This document shows, piece after piece, positions 27,083-36,425 of a stretch of 64,000 nucleotides of DNA. The stretch's first letter is position 1, and each line of letters begins with the position of its first letter. The notes beneath the pieces are model-generated. The model had not been told where the DNA came from. It ran no database searches and was given only the letters and a program-made list of their open reading frames with translations. The translations under genes were made by a program, and so were the position numbers. The DNA comes from a virus (Duplodnaviria; Caudoviricetes): positions 1,945-65,944 of IMG/VR virus record IMGVR_UViG_3300030419_004766; one strand, 5' to 3'.

Positions 27083-27503
27083 TAAGAGTAATTACAAATC
27101 CCCATCAACCGGTGAATATTGCACAGCGGCACAATATATAGCTGAAATAGTCTGCCAAAGACAAGCCGAAAAGGACAACGTTGGAACTCCCGCGTATAAA
27201 TTTTGGAACACAGACAAATGGAAAAAGTCCTACACTCATCAAATTATTCTTGCTAATCGCCTCGTTAAAAAGCACGACGAGAGGGCTATAATAAAAGCTC
27301 TTAAAAGCGCAAGAGGGAAATCCATCTATTCTCTAAGATTTCCCGGTCTAGAAGATCTGATCAAAAAAGAGCAAGAAAATTTAAATAGATCAGACTACAA
27401 AGAGTCTATCGATATTGAAAACGTAGACACTAGCAAAAAACCAAGAAGACCATTTGGCAACAAAAGTTCTTTTTCCAAGCTAAGAGATTTAGACAATGAA
27501 TGA
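27063..27503 (+). CDS. Hypothetical basic protein
   Basis: 146-aa ORF directly before recA. Confidence 0.6.
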   Translation: MSKKRTNKSNYKSPSTGEYCTAAQYIAEIVCQRQAEKDNVGTPAYKFWNTDKWKKSYTHQIILANRLVKKHDERAIIKALKSARGKSIYSLRFPGLEDLIKKEQENLNRSDYKESIDIENVDTSKKPRRPFGNKSSFSKLRDLDNE

Positions 27504-28530
27504 ATACTATGAAAAAGTAGAAAAAGACATTATCAAAAAGTATGGCGAGATTATGATCGATTCTAATCTTGTTATTGAAGAAGATATATTAACGGTTCCT
27601 GTTAGTCCCGCAATAGATATTGGGCTAAACGGAGGAATCCCAGAGGGTAGCTGGGTGATTCTGTCTGGCGCGCCAAAGTGCGGAAAGACTACTACGGCGT
27701 TGCAAATCGCTGCCAACTGTCAATCTGAAGAGTCTGGCGGAAGGATGGTCTATTACTTAAACGCCGAAGGCAGATTCAAGAAGATGAACCTAAGCGGTGT
27801 GGAGGGATTAAATCCTGACAAATTAAAACTGATACAATCTACCCAAGGAAACATCTTAACAGCAGAAGACTTTCTAACTATTGCAACCAACATCATCAAA
27901 GACCATCCGGGCTGCGTAGTCATAATAGATTCTGCCTCTGCCCTGTCGCCAGAAAAGGAAATGCTCAACGAGATCAACGGTCAAACTAGAGCGGGCACTC
28001 CCAAACTATTATCTTCGTTTTGCAAACAAATGGGGACCGTTGTTCCTATTCAAAATACCATCATTATTATTATTCAACACCTAATCGCCAACACCAGCGG
28101 ATATGGAAAGGCTTATATTGAAGATGGTGGTCAAAAAATTAAATATCAGTCAGATATTAAATTAAGAGCAAAAGGAGTCAAGAAATGGAACATTGGAAAT
28201 TCTGAAACTCCAATTGGTCAAATAGTCTCTTGGACCGTGGAGCACTCAGCTTTAGGCCCACCGGGAGCAGTAGTAGATAGCTATATTAGATATGGAAAAG
28301 GAATAGACAGTGTTTATGAATGGATAAATTTAGCAGCAGACTTTGGTCTGATTTCTAAGGCTGGGGCTTGGTTTAAATGCAACTTCATGGAAGACCACGA
28401 GGAAGAAGCTAAAGCTATTGAGTTTGATCCTGCCACTAAGTTTCAAGGTCAAGAAAAGCTATATAAATTTCTACAAGAAAATCCTAAGCTTCTAGAATTG
28501 CTAGAGGCAGACATCAAGTCTATGCTATGA
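27496..28530 (+). CDS. recA: RecA/UvsX-like recombinase
   Basis: IDIGLNGGIP, GAPKCGKTT (Walker A), NAEGR, IIDS and KAGAWF motifs. Confidence 0.9.
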   Translation: MNEYYEKVEKDIIKKYGEIMIDSNLVIEEDILTVPVSPAIDIGLNGGIPEGSWVILSGAPKCGKTTTALQIAANCQSEESGGRMVYYLNAEGRFKKMNLSGVEGLNPDKLKLIQSTQGNILTAEDFLTIATNIIKDHPGCVVIIDSASALSPEKEMLNEINGQTRAGTPKLLSSFCKQMGTVVPIQNTIIIIIQHLIANTSGYGKAYIEDGGQKIKYQSDIKLRAKGVKKWNIGNSETPIGQIVSWTVEHSALGPPGAVVDSYIRYGKGIDSVYEWINLAADFGLISKAGAWFKCNFMEDHEEEAKAIEFDPATKFQGQEKLYKFLQENPKLLELLEADIKSML

Positions 28531-28931
28531 AAATAACCGGACTAGACGGCAAAACATACACTTGGAACTTGACTAATCATGTTCCATACAAAGATGATGA
28601 AAGGCCACGCTCACAACACCATATACGTGCAAGATCCCTCTTGACCTCCGAGTTTCCATACGATAGAATCTTGGAAGAGGTTCCTCTGCCGGGGTGCGGC
28701 CTGTATGCTGATTTCTACATTCCAAAGAGAAAATTAATGATTGAGGTTCATGGATCTCAACATTATAAGTTTAACTCTTTTTTCTTTAAAAGTAAAGCCG
28801 ACTTTTACAAAGCCAAGGCAAGAGATAGAAAAAAATCTAACTGGGCAGATATAAACAATATCACCTACATAGAACTACCACATACAGAGAGTGATGATGA
28901 GTGGAGAAAACGCATCTTCGATGACAGCTAA
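28527..28931 (+). CDS. Vsr/DUF559-like endonuclease
   Basis: ADFYIP..KLMIEVHGSQH and D..K motifs. Confidence 0.7.
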   Translation: MKITGLDGKTYTWNLTNHVPYKDDERPRSQHHIRARSLLTSEFPYDRILEEVPLPGCGLYADFYIPKRKLMIEVHGSQHYKFNSFFFKSKADFYKAKARDRKKSNWADINNITYIELPHTESDDEWRKRIFDDS

Positions 28932-29400
28932 AGGGCAGCTAGCCCACTTTGAAAAATTGATAGATTCCTATGTGTCCAAACAGGGAATACATAGGATTGA
29001 ATATAACGAGGAGGCTCTAAAAATATTAAATATGAAGAGCTTTGAATTGAAGGCTTTGACAAGCCAAGAGTGTGGTGAACTAGCCTTTGCTTTGTCTCAA
29101 TACGCATTGTATGTTCAACAGCAAATAAATGATCAAAACGCCAGAGTGAACTGGGCTAAAAATAACATCAAAAGTATTGTCGCTAAAAACTTAGGACAGT
29201 TTGACAGATATATGAAGTATGAAGAAAAAGAATATGCCATCATAGCCACTGATGAGTACGCTAAGAAGATAAACGATATACTGTCCTATGCTCAGGCCGT
29301 CTCTGACAAATTGGCGTATATGGCTGGAAGGATTCAGTCTTTAGGTAATACGCTAATAGAGTTACAACGTAGCAAGAGGAGAGTGGATAATGTCAGCTAA
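28921..29400 (+). CDS. UvsY-like recombination mediator (helical)
   Basis: Coiled-coil helical protein next to recA; likely start at ATG 28921. Confidence 0.45.
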   Translation: MTAKGQLAHFEKLIDSYVSKQGIHRIEYNEEALKILNMKSFELKALTSQECGELAFALSQYALYVQQQINDQNARVNWAKNNIKSIVAKNLGQFDRYMKYEEKEYAIIATDEYAKKINDILSYAQAVSDKLAYMAGRIQSLGNTLIELQRSKRRVDNVS

Positions 29401-29944
29401 CTGGATAGATGCTATAAAAGACTTCACAGATGGCGTTGAGCAAGGCGTGCTGACAAATGATATGAGCCTTGTAAGAAAAAGTCTTGAAGACTTTCTTGGT
29501 GTGGAGTTAGTAGGAATGAGCATTAAAGAGATTAACGATGGCACCGATACGAAAGAAGACTTAGACGAGGATTTGCAACAGAGACTTGATTTGGAAGATT
29601 TCAAAGAAGAAACTAGAAAGACTCCATATAGCTCCCCCTCTGACGAAGATGATTTCACTATGCCAGCGTCAGAAAAAACTGATAATTCTAGGCAAAGACT
29701 TGCCAAGAGAAAGTCTATAGATTTAGATAATAGAGAAAATAAATTTGTAGATGACGGTACGATAGAAGTAGACGAAGCTGGAGCAAATCTGATTAATGAC
29801 TCAGTTGCAAAGCCTGTCGAACGGTCGAGAAGACCATCCGAGGGGTTAATGAGCATCATTTGTCATTTATGTGGAAAATCAGAGATGATTCCACCGTCCC
29901 TCAAAAGAGAGCATTACAGATGTAGTGCTTGTTGTAAAGGTTAA
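29390..29944 (+). CDS. Acidic hypothetical protein with C-terminal zinc finger
   Basis: CHLC...CSAC at the C-terminus. Confidence 0.6.
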   Translation: MSANWIDAIKDFTDGVEQGVLTNDMSLVRKSLEDFLGVELVGMSIKEINDGTDTKEDLDEDLQQRLDLEDFKEETRKTPYSSPSDEDDFTMPASEKTDNSRQRLAKRKSIDLDNRENKFVDDGTIEVDEAGANLINDSVAKPVERSRRPSEGLMSIICHLCGKSEMIPPSLKREHYRCSACCKG

Positions 29945-29947
29945 AGT

Positions 29948-31414
29948 ATGAATCAAATACTCAATGATACGGCGGCTGAAAGGGCTGTGTTATCAGGAGT
30001 ATGTCAATACGGTTCGCAAGCATTTGTTGATGTCGATGATGTAATAACAGCTAACAGCTTTGTTCATGAATCAAATCAAATCATATACAAATGCCTCAGT
30101 AAGATTCTTGAAAACAGCGATCAGGTTGACATATCTTCTATTCTTTCTAGCGCCACGGAACTTAATTTTCACGAGATACTTAATTCTAAGAAAGAGCTTG
30201 AGTATCTAAGATCAATTTTCAACTTCCCCATACATCTTGAGAACGTGCGGAAGCACGCTGTTAAGATCAGGAAGTTAGAATTTGCCCGAACAATACAGAA
30301 AAATATTAAACAGGCGTATACAGACTTATCTGAAATCACAGGAGAAGAAACGGTAGACGAGATTATATCTCTTGCCGAAAACCCTATCTTTGAACTTTCT
30401 AATTCTATTAAACAAAATGGGGATGATAGACCTAAGTCTTTGGGAGACGATGTTGAGGAATACATCCAGCACCTAGAGGACAACCCGGTAGACATGCTGG
30501 GAATAAGTAGCGGCTATCAAAGATTTGACACAGCCATCGGAGGAGGGTTTAGAAGAAAATGTGTTGATCTGATTGCCGCCAGACCAAAGGTCGGCAAGAG
30601 CATGTTTGGCGACAATGTAGCTTTACATGTGTCTAAAGAGCTTGACATACCGGTCTTGATGTTAGACACTGAAATGTCCAAAGAAGATCATATCAATCGT
30701 ATTGTTTCTAATATTAGCACTGTCCCTATCAATACAATATCCACGGGCAAATTTTCAAACAGCGCGATAGAAAAAGAAAAAATACACAACGCTTCAAATA
30801 AGCTTAAAGATATTCCTTACGACTATATTAGTATAGCTGGAAAGCCTTTTGAGGAAACGCTTTCTGTCATGAGAAGGTGGATTTCTCAAAAAGTAGGATT
30901 CGACGAGAACGGGAGAACCAATGACTGCTTGATAGTTTATGACTATCTTAAATTAATGACTTCGGATAGCATCTCATCTAATTTACAAGAGTTTCAAGTT
31001 CTAGGGTTTCAAATAACGTCTCTGCACAATTTTTGTGTTCAGTATGACTGTCCCTGCCTTTCATTTGTTCAATTAAACAGAGATGGAATTACTAAAGAAT
31101 CTACAGATGTTGTTAGTGGCTCTGATAGATTGATATGGTTGTGTACCAGTTTTTCTATCTTTAAAAATAAATCAGAAGAAGAGGTTGCAGAAGACGGAGA
31201 AGAAAATGGCAACAAAAAATTAGTACCCTTAGTTTCAAGACACGGTCCGGGTCTCAACGATGGGGATTATATAAATATGTCCATGAAGGGAGATGTGGCC
31301 AAACTGGACGAAGGTTGTACAAGAAATGAATTGAAAAAAGGCAGCGCAAAACAAGAGCAAGGGTTTATTGTAGATGAAAACGACAACGAACAAATACCAT
31401 TCGCAACAGAGTAA
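29948..31414 (+). CDS. dnaB: Replicative DNA helicase (DnaB family)
   Basis: AERAVL, AARPKVGKS (Walker A), TEM, VYDYLKL and QLNR motifs. Confidence 0.9.
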   Translation: MNQILNDTAAERAVLSGVCQYGSQAFVDVDDVITANSFVHESNQIIYKCLSKILENSDQVDISSILSSATELNFHEILNSKKELEYLRSIFNFPIHLENVRKHAVKIRKLEFARTIQKNIKQAYTDLSEITGEETVDEIISLAENPIFELSNSIKQNGDDRPKSLGDDVEEYIQHLEDNPVDMLGISSGYQRFDTAIGGGFRRKCVDLIAARPKVGKSMFGDNVALHVSKELDIPVLMLDTEMSKEDHINRIVSNISTVPINTISTGKFSNSAIEKEKIHNASNKLKDIPYDYISIAGKPFEETLSVMRRWISQKVGFDENGRTNDCLIVYDYLKLMTSDSISSNLQEFQVLGFQITSLHNFCVQYDCPCLSFVQLNRDGITKESTDVVSGSDRLIWLCTSFSIFKNKSEEEVAEDGEENGNKKLVPLVSRHGPGLNDGDYINMSMKGDVAKLDEGCTRNELKKGSAKQEQGFIVDENDNEQIPFATE

Positions 31415-32441
31415 TGACAGAAGAAAAATAAATGCTATTTCAAACGGCCTAGTAGAAAGAGTCACTGATCTACTTTCATACTTTGAGATAGAATATGAAG
31501 TTTTTGATAACAGGGTTACATTCGCGTGCCCAGTGCATGGTGGAGATAATCCTACAGCCGTTAGTATATTTACTGACGGGGATTCTATTATTGGAAACTG
31601 GCAATGTTTTACTCACCACTGTGAAACAGAATACAAACAAGATATACTAGGGTTCTTACAAGGGGTGTTAAGCTCAACCACCGAAGAGGATGTAACATTT
31701 GGACAGACAATTAAATTTGCGTGCGAATTCCTCGAATCCTCATTTGACAATCTTGAGAAATATGAAAATAATATAGTTACTTTCACAGAGCTAGCTAACA
31801 AGGTGTTCGAAAAAAAAATAGAACACCAAGAAGGCATAAGCAGGAAAGAAATAAGAGAGAGAATACAAATACCGGCATCTTATTATATTGACAGAGGCTT
31901 TCTACCAGAAACGTTGGAAAAATTTGACGTTGGACTGTGTACGGTGTCAAACAAGCCTATGTCCAACAGGGTTGTTGTGCCGGTCTACGACAGTGATCAT
32001 CAGTATATGATAGGGTGTGTTGGCAGAGCTACAAGCCCCAACATCAATCCAAAATGGCTCAACAGCAAAGGCTTCAACTCTGGAGCATCTCTTTATAATT
32101 ATTGGTATGCAAAAGACCACATTCTGGAAAGCAACACGGCAATTTTGGTCGAGGGGCAAGGCGATGTGTGGAGATTGTATGAAGCTGGTATATATAATGT
32201 AGTGGGGATGTTTGGATGTTCTCTAGGAGAGCAGCAGAGACTCATTTTGGAAAGATCTGGAGCTTTAAAACTCGTCATCATAACAGACGCGGACGAAGCT
32301 GGTAGGCTGGCCAGAGAAAAAATAGCAGCGCAATGTGAAAGAATGTACAACATTCAATTTGTTGACCTACCACAAAAAGACGTTGGCGATATGAGCGTGG
32401 AAGAAATTAATGATCACATTAAGCCTCAATTGGGGATTTGA
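31374..32441 (+). CDS. dnaG: DNA primase (DnaG-like; zinc finger + TOPRIM)
   Basis: CPVH...CFTHHC zinc finger; LVEGQGDV; TDADEAG; KDVGD. Confidence 0.88.
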   Translation: MKTTTNKYHSQQSNDRRKINAISNGLVERVTDLLSYFEIEYEVFDNRVTFACPVHGGDNPTAVSIFTDGDSIIGNWQCFTHHCETEYKQDILGFLQGVLSSTTEEDVTFGQTIKFACEFLESSFDNLEKYENNIVTFTELANKVFEKKIEHQEGISRKEIRERIQIPASYYIDRGFLPETLEKFDVGLCTVSNKPMSNRVVVPVYDSDHQYMIGCVGRATSPNINPKWLNSKGFNSGASLYNYWYAKDHILESNTAILVEGQGDVWRLYEAGIYNVVGMFGCSLGEQQRLILERSGALKLVIITDADEAGRLAREKIAAQCERMYNIQFVDLPQKDVGDMSVEEINDHIKPQLGI

Positions 32442-32621
32442 ATGTCTGAATTGGATCTAGGCTTGAAGCTCGATTATAGATTTGGAGCGTCTTTATTTAT
32501 GATCGCCGCAATGGTTTCAGCTATAGTAAACGGCTTTGCTCCGTCCTACGTAACTGAAGTTTTAATGTGGATATGCATCAATTTCTTTGTTCTCGATAAA
32601 CCTACAAGGCGTGCAAGATGA
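32442..32621 (+). CDS. 59-aa two-TM membrane protein (not in ORF track)
   Basis: MSELDLGLKLDYRFGASLFMIAAMVSAIV...; ATGA overlap with the next gene. Confidence 0.5.
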   Translation: MSELDLGLKLDYRFGASLFMIAAMVSAIVNGFAPSYVTEVLMWICINFFVLDKPTRRAR

Positions 32622-33340
32622 CTCAAAAAATTTTAGCAATAAGTGGTCACAAGAGAGCGGGAAAGACCACTTGTGTCAATTTTTTACATGGGTATGAACT
32701 ACAACGGAACCAAGTTATTAAAAAGTTTGCCCTTAATGAGAGGGGTCAACTTTTAGTAAACGCCACCTTCATAGATGAAAAAGGCGAAGAAACTGAGCAA
32801 ATGGGTAGGCTTGATCTGGATAATAGAGAGCCAAGATTTGTTGAATATTATACAATGAACATCTGGCCATTTATTAAATCTTACAACTTTGCAGACGCCC
32901 TTAAATCTATAGCGATTAATTTTTTTGGGTTAACATATGATCAATGTTACGGGTCTGAACAAGACAAGAACAGTCCTTGCCCAATAAAAGATTATACAGC
33001 CAGAGAGTTTCTGCAATATTTTGGCACAGACGTTTGTCGTTCTCTAAAAGAAGATGTGTGGGTTGATTTTTGTATTAATCAAATAAAATTAGAACAGAGC
33101 GCTTTAGCCCTAATAGGAGATTGTCGTTTTCCAGACGAAGTAGAGGCTGTTCAAAAGGCTGGTGGAAAGGTCATCCGTTTAACCAGATCGCCACACGACG
33201 ATTCTCATACTAGCGAAATAGCTTTAGATACCTACAAAGGATTTGACGCGGTAATTGACAACGAAGGCTTAAGCGTTGATGAGCAATCGAAAAAATTGTT
33301 AAATATACTCATGGAGTGGGGATGGCTAGAGTCGGCATGA
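32618..33340 (+). CDS. Deoxynucleoside monophosphate kinase (T4 gp1-like)
   Basis: SGHKRAGKTT, FADALK, REFLQYFGTD and DCRFPDE motifs. Confidence 0.85.
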   Translation: MTQKILAISGHKRAGKTTCVNFLHGYELQRNQVIKKFALNERGQLLVNATFIDEKGEETEQMGRLDLDNREPRFVEYYTMNIWPFIKSYNFADALKSIAINFFGLTYDQCYGSEQDKNSPCPIKDYTAREFLQYFGTDVCRSLKEDVWVDFCINQIKLEQSALALIGDCRFPDEVEAVQKAGGKVIRLTRSPHDDSHTSEIALDTYKGFDAVIDNEGLSVDEQSKKLLNILMEWGWLESA

Positions 33341-33969
33341 AGACCAAACTTATCTCCATCACTCCCGACGCAGAAGAAACCATTGGTTATTGCGCCAGAG
33401 TGAGCAATCCTAAAAACCAAGACAATCCAGAGGTATCTGGACTTCTCAAGTTTTGTATCAGGCATGGGCATTGGTCTATTTTTGAAATGGCAAACATGGT
33501 TGTTGAGATAAATACAACCAGAGGAATAGCTGCTCAAATTCTAAGACATCGCAGCTTTTCCTTTCAGGAGTTTAGTCAGCGATATGCTAAGGCCGAGGGG
33601 TTTGAATATATACAGCCTAGAAGACAAGACACAAAAAATCGACAAAATTCTTGGGATGATCTTGAAGAAGAGGACAGGGTGTGGTTTGAATACACTAACA
33701 AAAAAATTCAGGATGCAACAAATGATTTTTACGAAGAAGCATTAGAGAGAGGGATAGCCAAAGAAAGTGCTAGATTCTTATTGCCGTTGAGCACCAAGAC
33801 TCGCATGTATATGAATGGAACGGTTAGAAGCTGGATTCATTACATAAAATTGCGAACAGATCCATCAACTCAGAAAGAGCATCAGGACATTGCAAATGAA
33901 ATCAAGGGCATCTTTAGGGAAGAACTCCCCATCATATCAGAAGCCTTGGAGTGGAATGAATGCTCGTAG
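33337..33969 (+). CDS. thyX: Flavin-dependent thymidylate synthase
   Basis: GHWSIFE, RHRSFSFQEFSQRY and ARFLLP motifs; likely start at 33337. Confidence 0.93.
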   Translation: MKTKLISITPDAEETIGYCARVSNPKNQDNPEVSGLLKFCIRHGHWSIFEMANMVVEINTTRGIAAQILRHRSFSFQEFSQRYAKAEGFEYIQPRRQDTKNRQNSWDDLEEEDRVWFEYTNKKIQDATNDFYEEALERGIAKESARFLLPLSTKTRMYMNGTVRSWIHYIKLRTDPSTQKEHQDIANEIKGIFREELPIISEALEWNECS

Positions 33970-34982
33970 CCTACATACGAAGCTCATCATATAATAGTTA
34001 TGACTACTGTCAGCAACAGTATTATATAAATTATGTTTTGGGGTTTCCATCAACATCTGGTAAAAAAGCCCAACAGGGAACCATCGTCCACAAGGTGATG
34101 GAGTGTCTGTCTGCTTGCAAGAAAAGGTTGCAAAGTCTTCCAGAGTCTAGCTTGATGAGTGTCACAGATGACGCACTCGGAAGAATCACATTCACTCATA
34201 GCAAACTGTACTCAGACGAGTTTGTTGACAAGTTAGTGGATAAAAGCTTTGAGTATTATACGTCTAACTGCGTACACTCTTATACAGAAAAAGAAGAAAG
34301 AGAATGTCGCAAGTGGACATGGATGGGCCTACATTACAATGATGGCCAATTTGACCCCAGAAACAGAACCATTGTAGACACAGAACCACACTTTGACATT
34401 GAGATAGATGAGCCGTGGGCAGAATACGATTATACTCTTGGCGACGGAACAAAACTGAAGGGCAAACTAGCCATCAAGGGGACCATAGATCTAGTTACAG
34501 AGGTGGAAGACGGAGTAATAGAAGTTATAGATTGGAAGACGGGAAGAAGAATTAATTGGGCCACAGGCGAAGAAAAGGACTATAATAAATTAGAGAGTGA
34601 TCCACAATTACTTCTCTACTATTATGCTATATCAAAGCTATACCCTGATTACAATCAGGCTATAATGACTATTTTCTATATCAAAGATGGAGGACCATTC
34701 TCTCTATGCTTTGATGATGGAGCCAAAGATCTATTCCTAAAAATGCTTAGGAAAAGGTTTAATCAGATCAAGAACAACAAGGCTCCTCAGTTGCTTTCCC
34801 GCGAGCAAACTCACTGGAAATGCACAAGGCTTTGCGACTATTATAAGAATAACTGGGAAGGTACAGATACCAATGTTTGTAAATATGTTCAAGAGCATAT
34901 TAAGAAACATGGTATTGAAAGGACTACATCGGAGTGTACCAAACCAGACTTTAATATAGGGTATTATGATGCTCCCGGTTAA
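33960..34982 (+). CDS. PD-(D/E)XK exonuclease, Cas4/AddB-like with putative Fe-S staple
   Basis: GTIDL, DWKTG and QL..Y motifs; one N-terminal Cys plus C-terminal CxxxC...C. Confidence 0.75.
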   Translation: MLVAYIRSSSYNSYDYCQQQYYINYVLGFPSTSGKKAQQGTIVHKVMECLSACKKRLQSLPESSLMSVTDDALGRITFTHSKLYSDEFVDKLVDKSFEYYTSNCVHSYTEKEERECRKWTWMGLHYNDGQFDPRNRTIVDTEPHFDIEIDEPWAEYDYTLGDGTKLKGKLAIKGTIDLVTEVEDGVIEVIDWKTGRRINWATGEEKDYNKLESDPQLLLYYYAISKLYPDYNQAIMTIFYIKDGGPFSLCFDDGAKDLFLKMLRKRFNQIKNNKAPQLLSREQTHWKCTRLCDYYKNNWEGTDTNVCKYVQEHIKKHGIERTTSECTKPDFNIGYYDAPG

Positions 34983-35919
34983 ATATTTTTCTAATGATGA
35001 AGTAGCGGAAATAATTTCGGTTCCAGAGTGCGTAGAAGTAGTTGAGGATTTATTCAATAATATTGAAGATACTCAGATGCCACCCAAAGTGTATATGGAT
35101 ATACCGAATGGTGATTTCAGGTCTATGCCAGCAGTCGTTAAAAACACGGCTGGTATCAAGTGGTGCGGAGTACATCTAGACGAAACGGGCACAAAACGCA
35201 AAATTAATATTTTTGCAAAAGTTCTTATCAACGATATAGATTCTGGAAAGCTGTTAGCTATTCTAGATGGAGAGACCCTAACAGCTATCAGAACAGCCGC
35301 CGTAACTGGCGTTGCCACTAGACACTTATCCCCCAAATATGCAACCAAAGCCGCTTTTATTGGATGTGGAAACCAAACACTTAGACAAATAGAAGCCGTA
35401 CTCACCGTAAGAGATATCGAGGTTATTAAACTATTTGATCTTAGCGAAGACAGAGCTAATCAATTAAAAGACGAATTAAATTATTTAGAGGTGAGGCAGG
35501 GAAGTCCTATAGAAATACAAGTACACAACGACCTTGAAAATTGTCTGTGGGACGCCGACATAGTAACTACATTAACACCCTCACGCCAACCATTTGTCAA
35601 GTATAAATATCTCAAACCTGTAGTTCACATTAACGCTGTTGGAGCAGACGCAGAAGGAAAAAGAGAGCTACATCCATGCGTTCTTGAAAATGTGGACTTG
35701 GTATCGTATGATGAATGGGTTCAGTGTTCCCATTCTGGAGAGATACAGTATGCTCAAAAGAGTAAAATTTCACAAATATGGTGCCCAATATCAGAAGTGG
35801 TTCAAGGCAGAGTAGAAAAAAGTGGGTGCAGGACTACGCTATTCGATGCTACAGGATTAGCAATAGAGGACGTTGCGACAGCACGATATATTTATGAAAA
35901 GTTCAACAAACAAAAGTAA
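34966..35919 (+). CDS. Ornithine cyclodeaminase/mu-crystallin family protein (close to archaeal-type alanine dehydrogenase pattern)
   Basis: MPPKVY, GDFRSMPA, GIKW, RTAA, VGAD..GKREL and DATGLAIEDVA motifs. Confidence 0.88.
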   Translation: MMLPVKYFSNDEVAEIISVPECVEVVEDLFNNIEDTQMPPKVYMDIPNGDFRSMPAVVKNTAGIKWCGVHLDETGTKRKINIFAKVLINDIDSGKLLAILDGETLTAIRTAAVTGVATRHLSPKYATKAAFIGCGNQTLRQIEAVLTVRDIEVIKLFDLSEDRANQLKDELNYLEVRQGSPIEIQVHNDLENCLWDADIVTTLTPSRQPFVKYKYLKPVVHINAVGADAEGKRELHPCVLENVDLVSYDEWVQCSHSGEIQYAQKSKISQIWCPISEVVQGRVEKSGCRTTLFDATGLAIEDVATARYIYEKFNKQK

Positions 35920-36424
35920 TATTGTACAGGTCGACTTTACCGATGAGATGGTAGAGCGAGCTATAGATAAATCAAAATGGCTTGGGAAAATAAATAATTC
36001 TATTCTCAAGGGCAGGGGAAACTTTGCTGGTTTTCTCGGTGAGGAAATAGTTGCTGATTATATCCAAGCCGAGATAATCAGTAAAAGTAAAAGTGCAGAG
36101 AGATTTAACTATGATCTAATCAAGGGATCTCAAAAGATAGAAGTAAAATCTAAACGCAGGAAGGTTCCTCCTAAAGATTTTTATGATGCGTCTGTAGCAG
36201 AAACGAGCGCTCACCAAAGGCCGGATATATATATCTTTACCAGTATTCAATTTAAGAACCATAAACCTATTAGAGCTTGGATTTGTGGACAAAAGGACGC
36301 AAAGGAATACTTTCAACAGGCTAATTTTTATGCGGAGGGAGATATTGACCCCTCTAACGGTTGGAAAGTTTCTACCGATTGTCATAATTTGCCGTACAAG
36401 GATCTTGACCCAGTAGGACGCTGA
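35873..36424 (+). CDS. Restriction-endonuclease-like PD-(D/E)XK protein
   Basis: GE....YDL....IEVKSK pattern; start possibly ATG 35894. Confidence 0.5.
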   Translation: MRQHDIFMKSSTNKSNIVQVDFTDEMVERAIDKSKWLGKINNSILKGRGNFAGFLGEEIVADYIQAEIISKSKSAERFNYDLIKGSQKIEVKSKRRKVPPKDFYDASVAETSAHQRPDIYIFTSIQFKNHKPIRAWICGQKDAKEYFQQANFYAEGDIDPSNGWKVSTDCHNLPYKDLDPVGR

Positions 36425-36425
36425 A

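Noticed and set aside
33960-34982. Cas4-like nuclease as a sign of a CRISPR-Cas system
   Set aside because: No repeat-spacer array or other cas genes were seen; solo Cas4/AddB-like nucleases are common in phage replication blocks.
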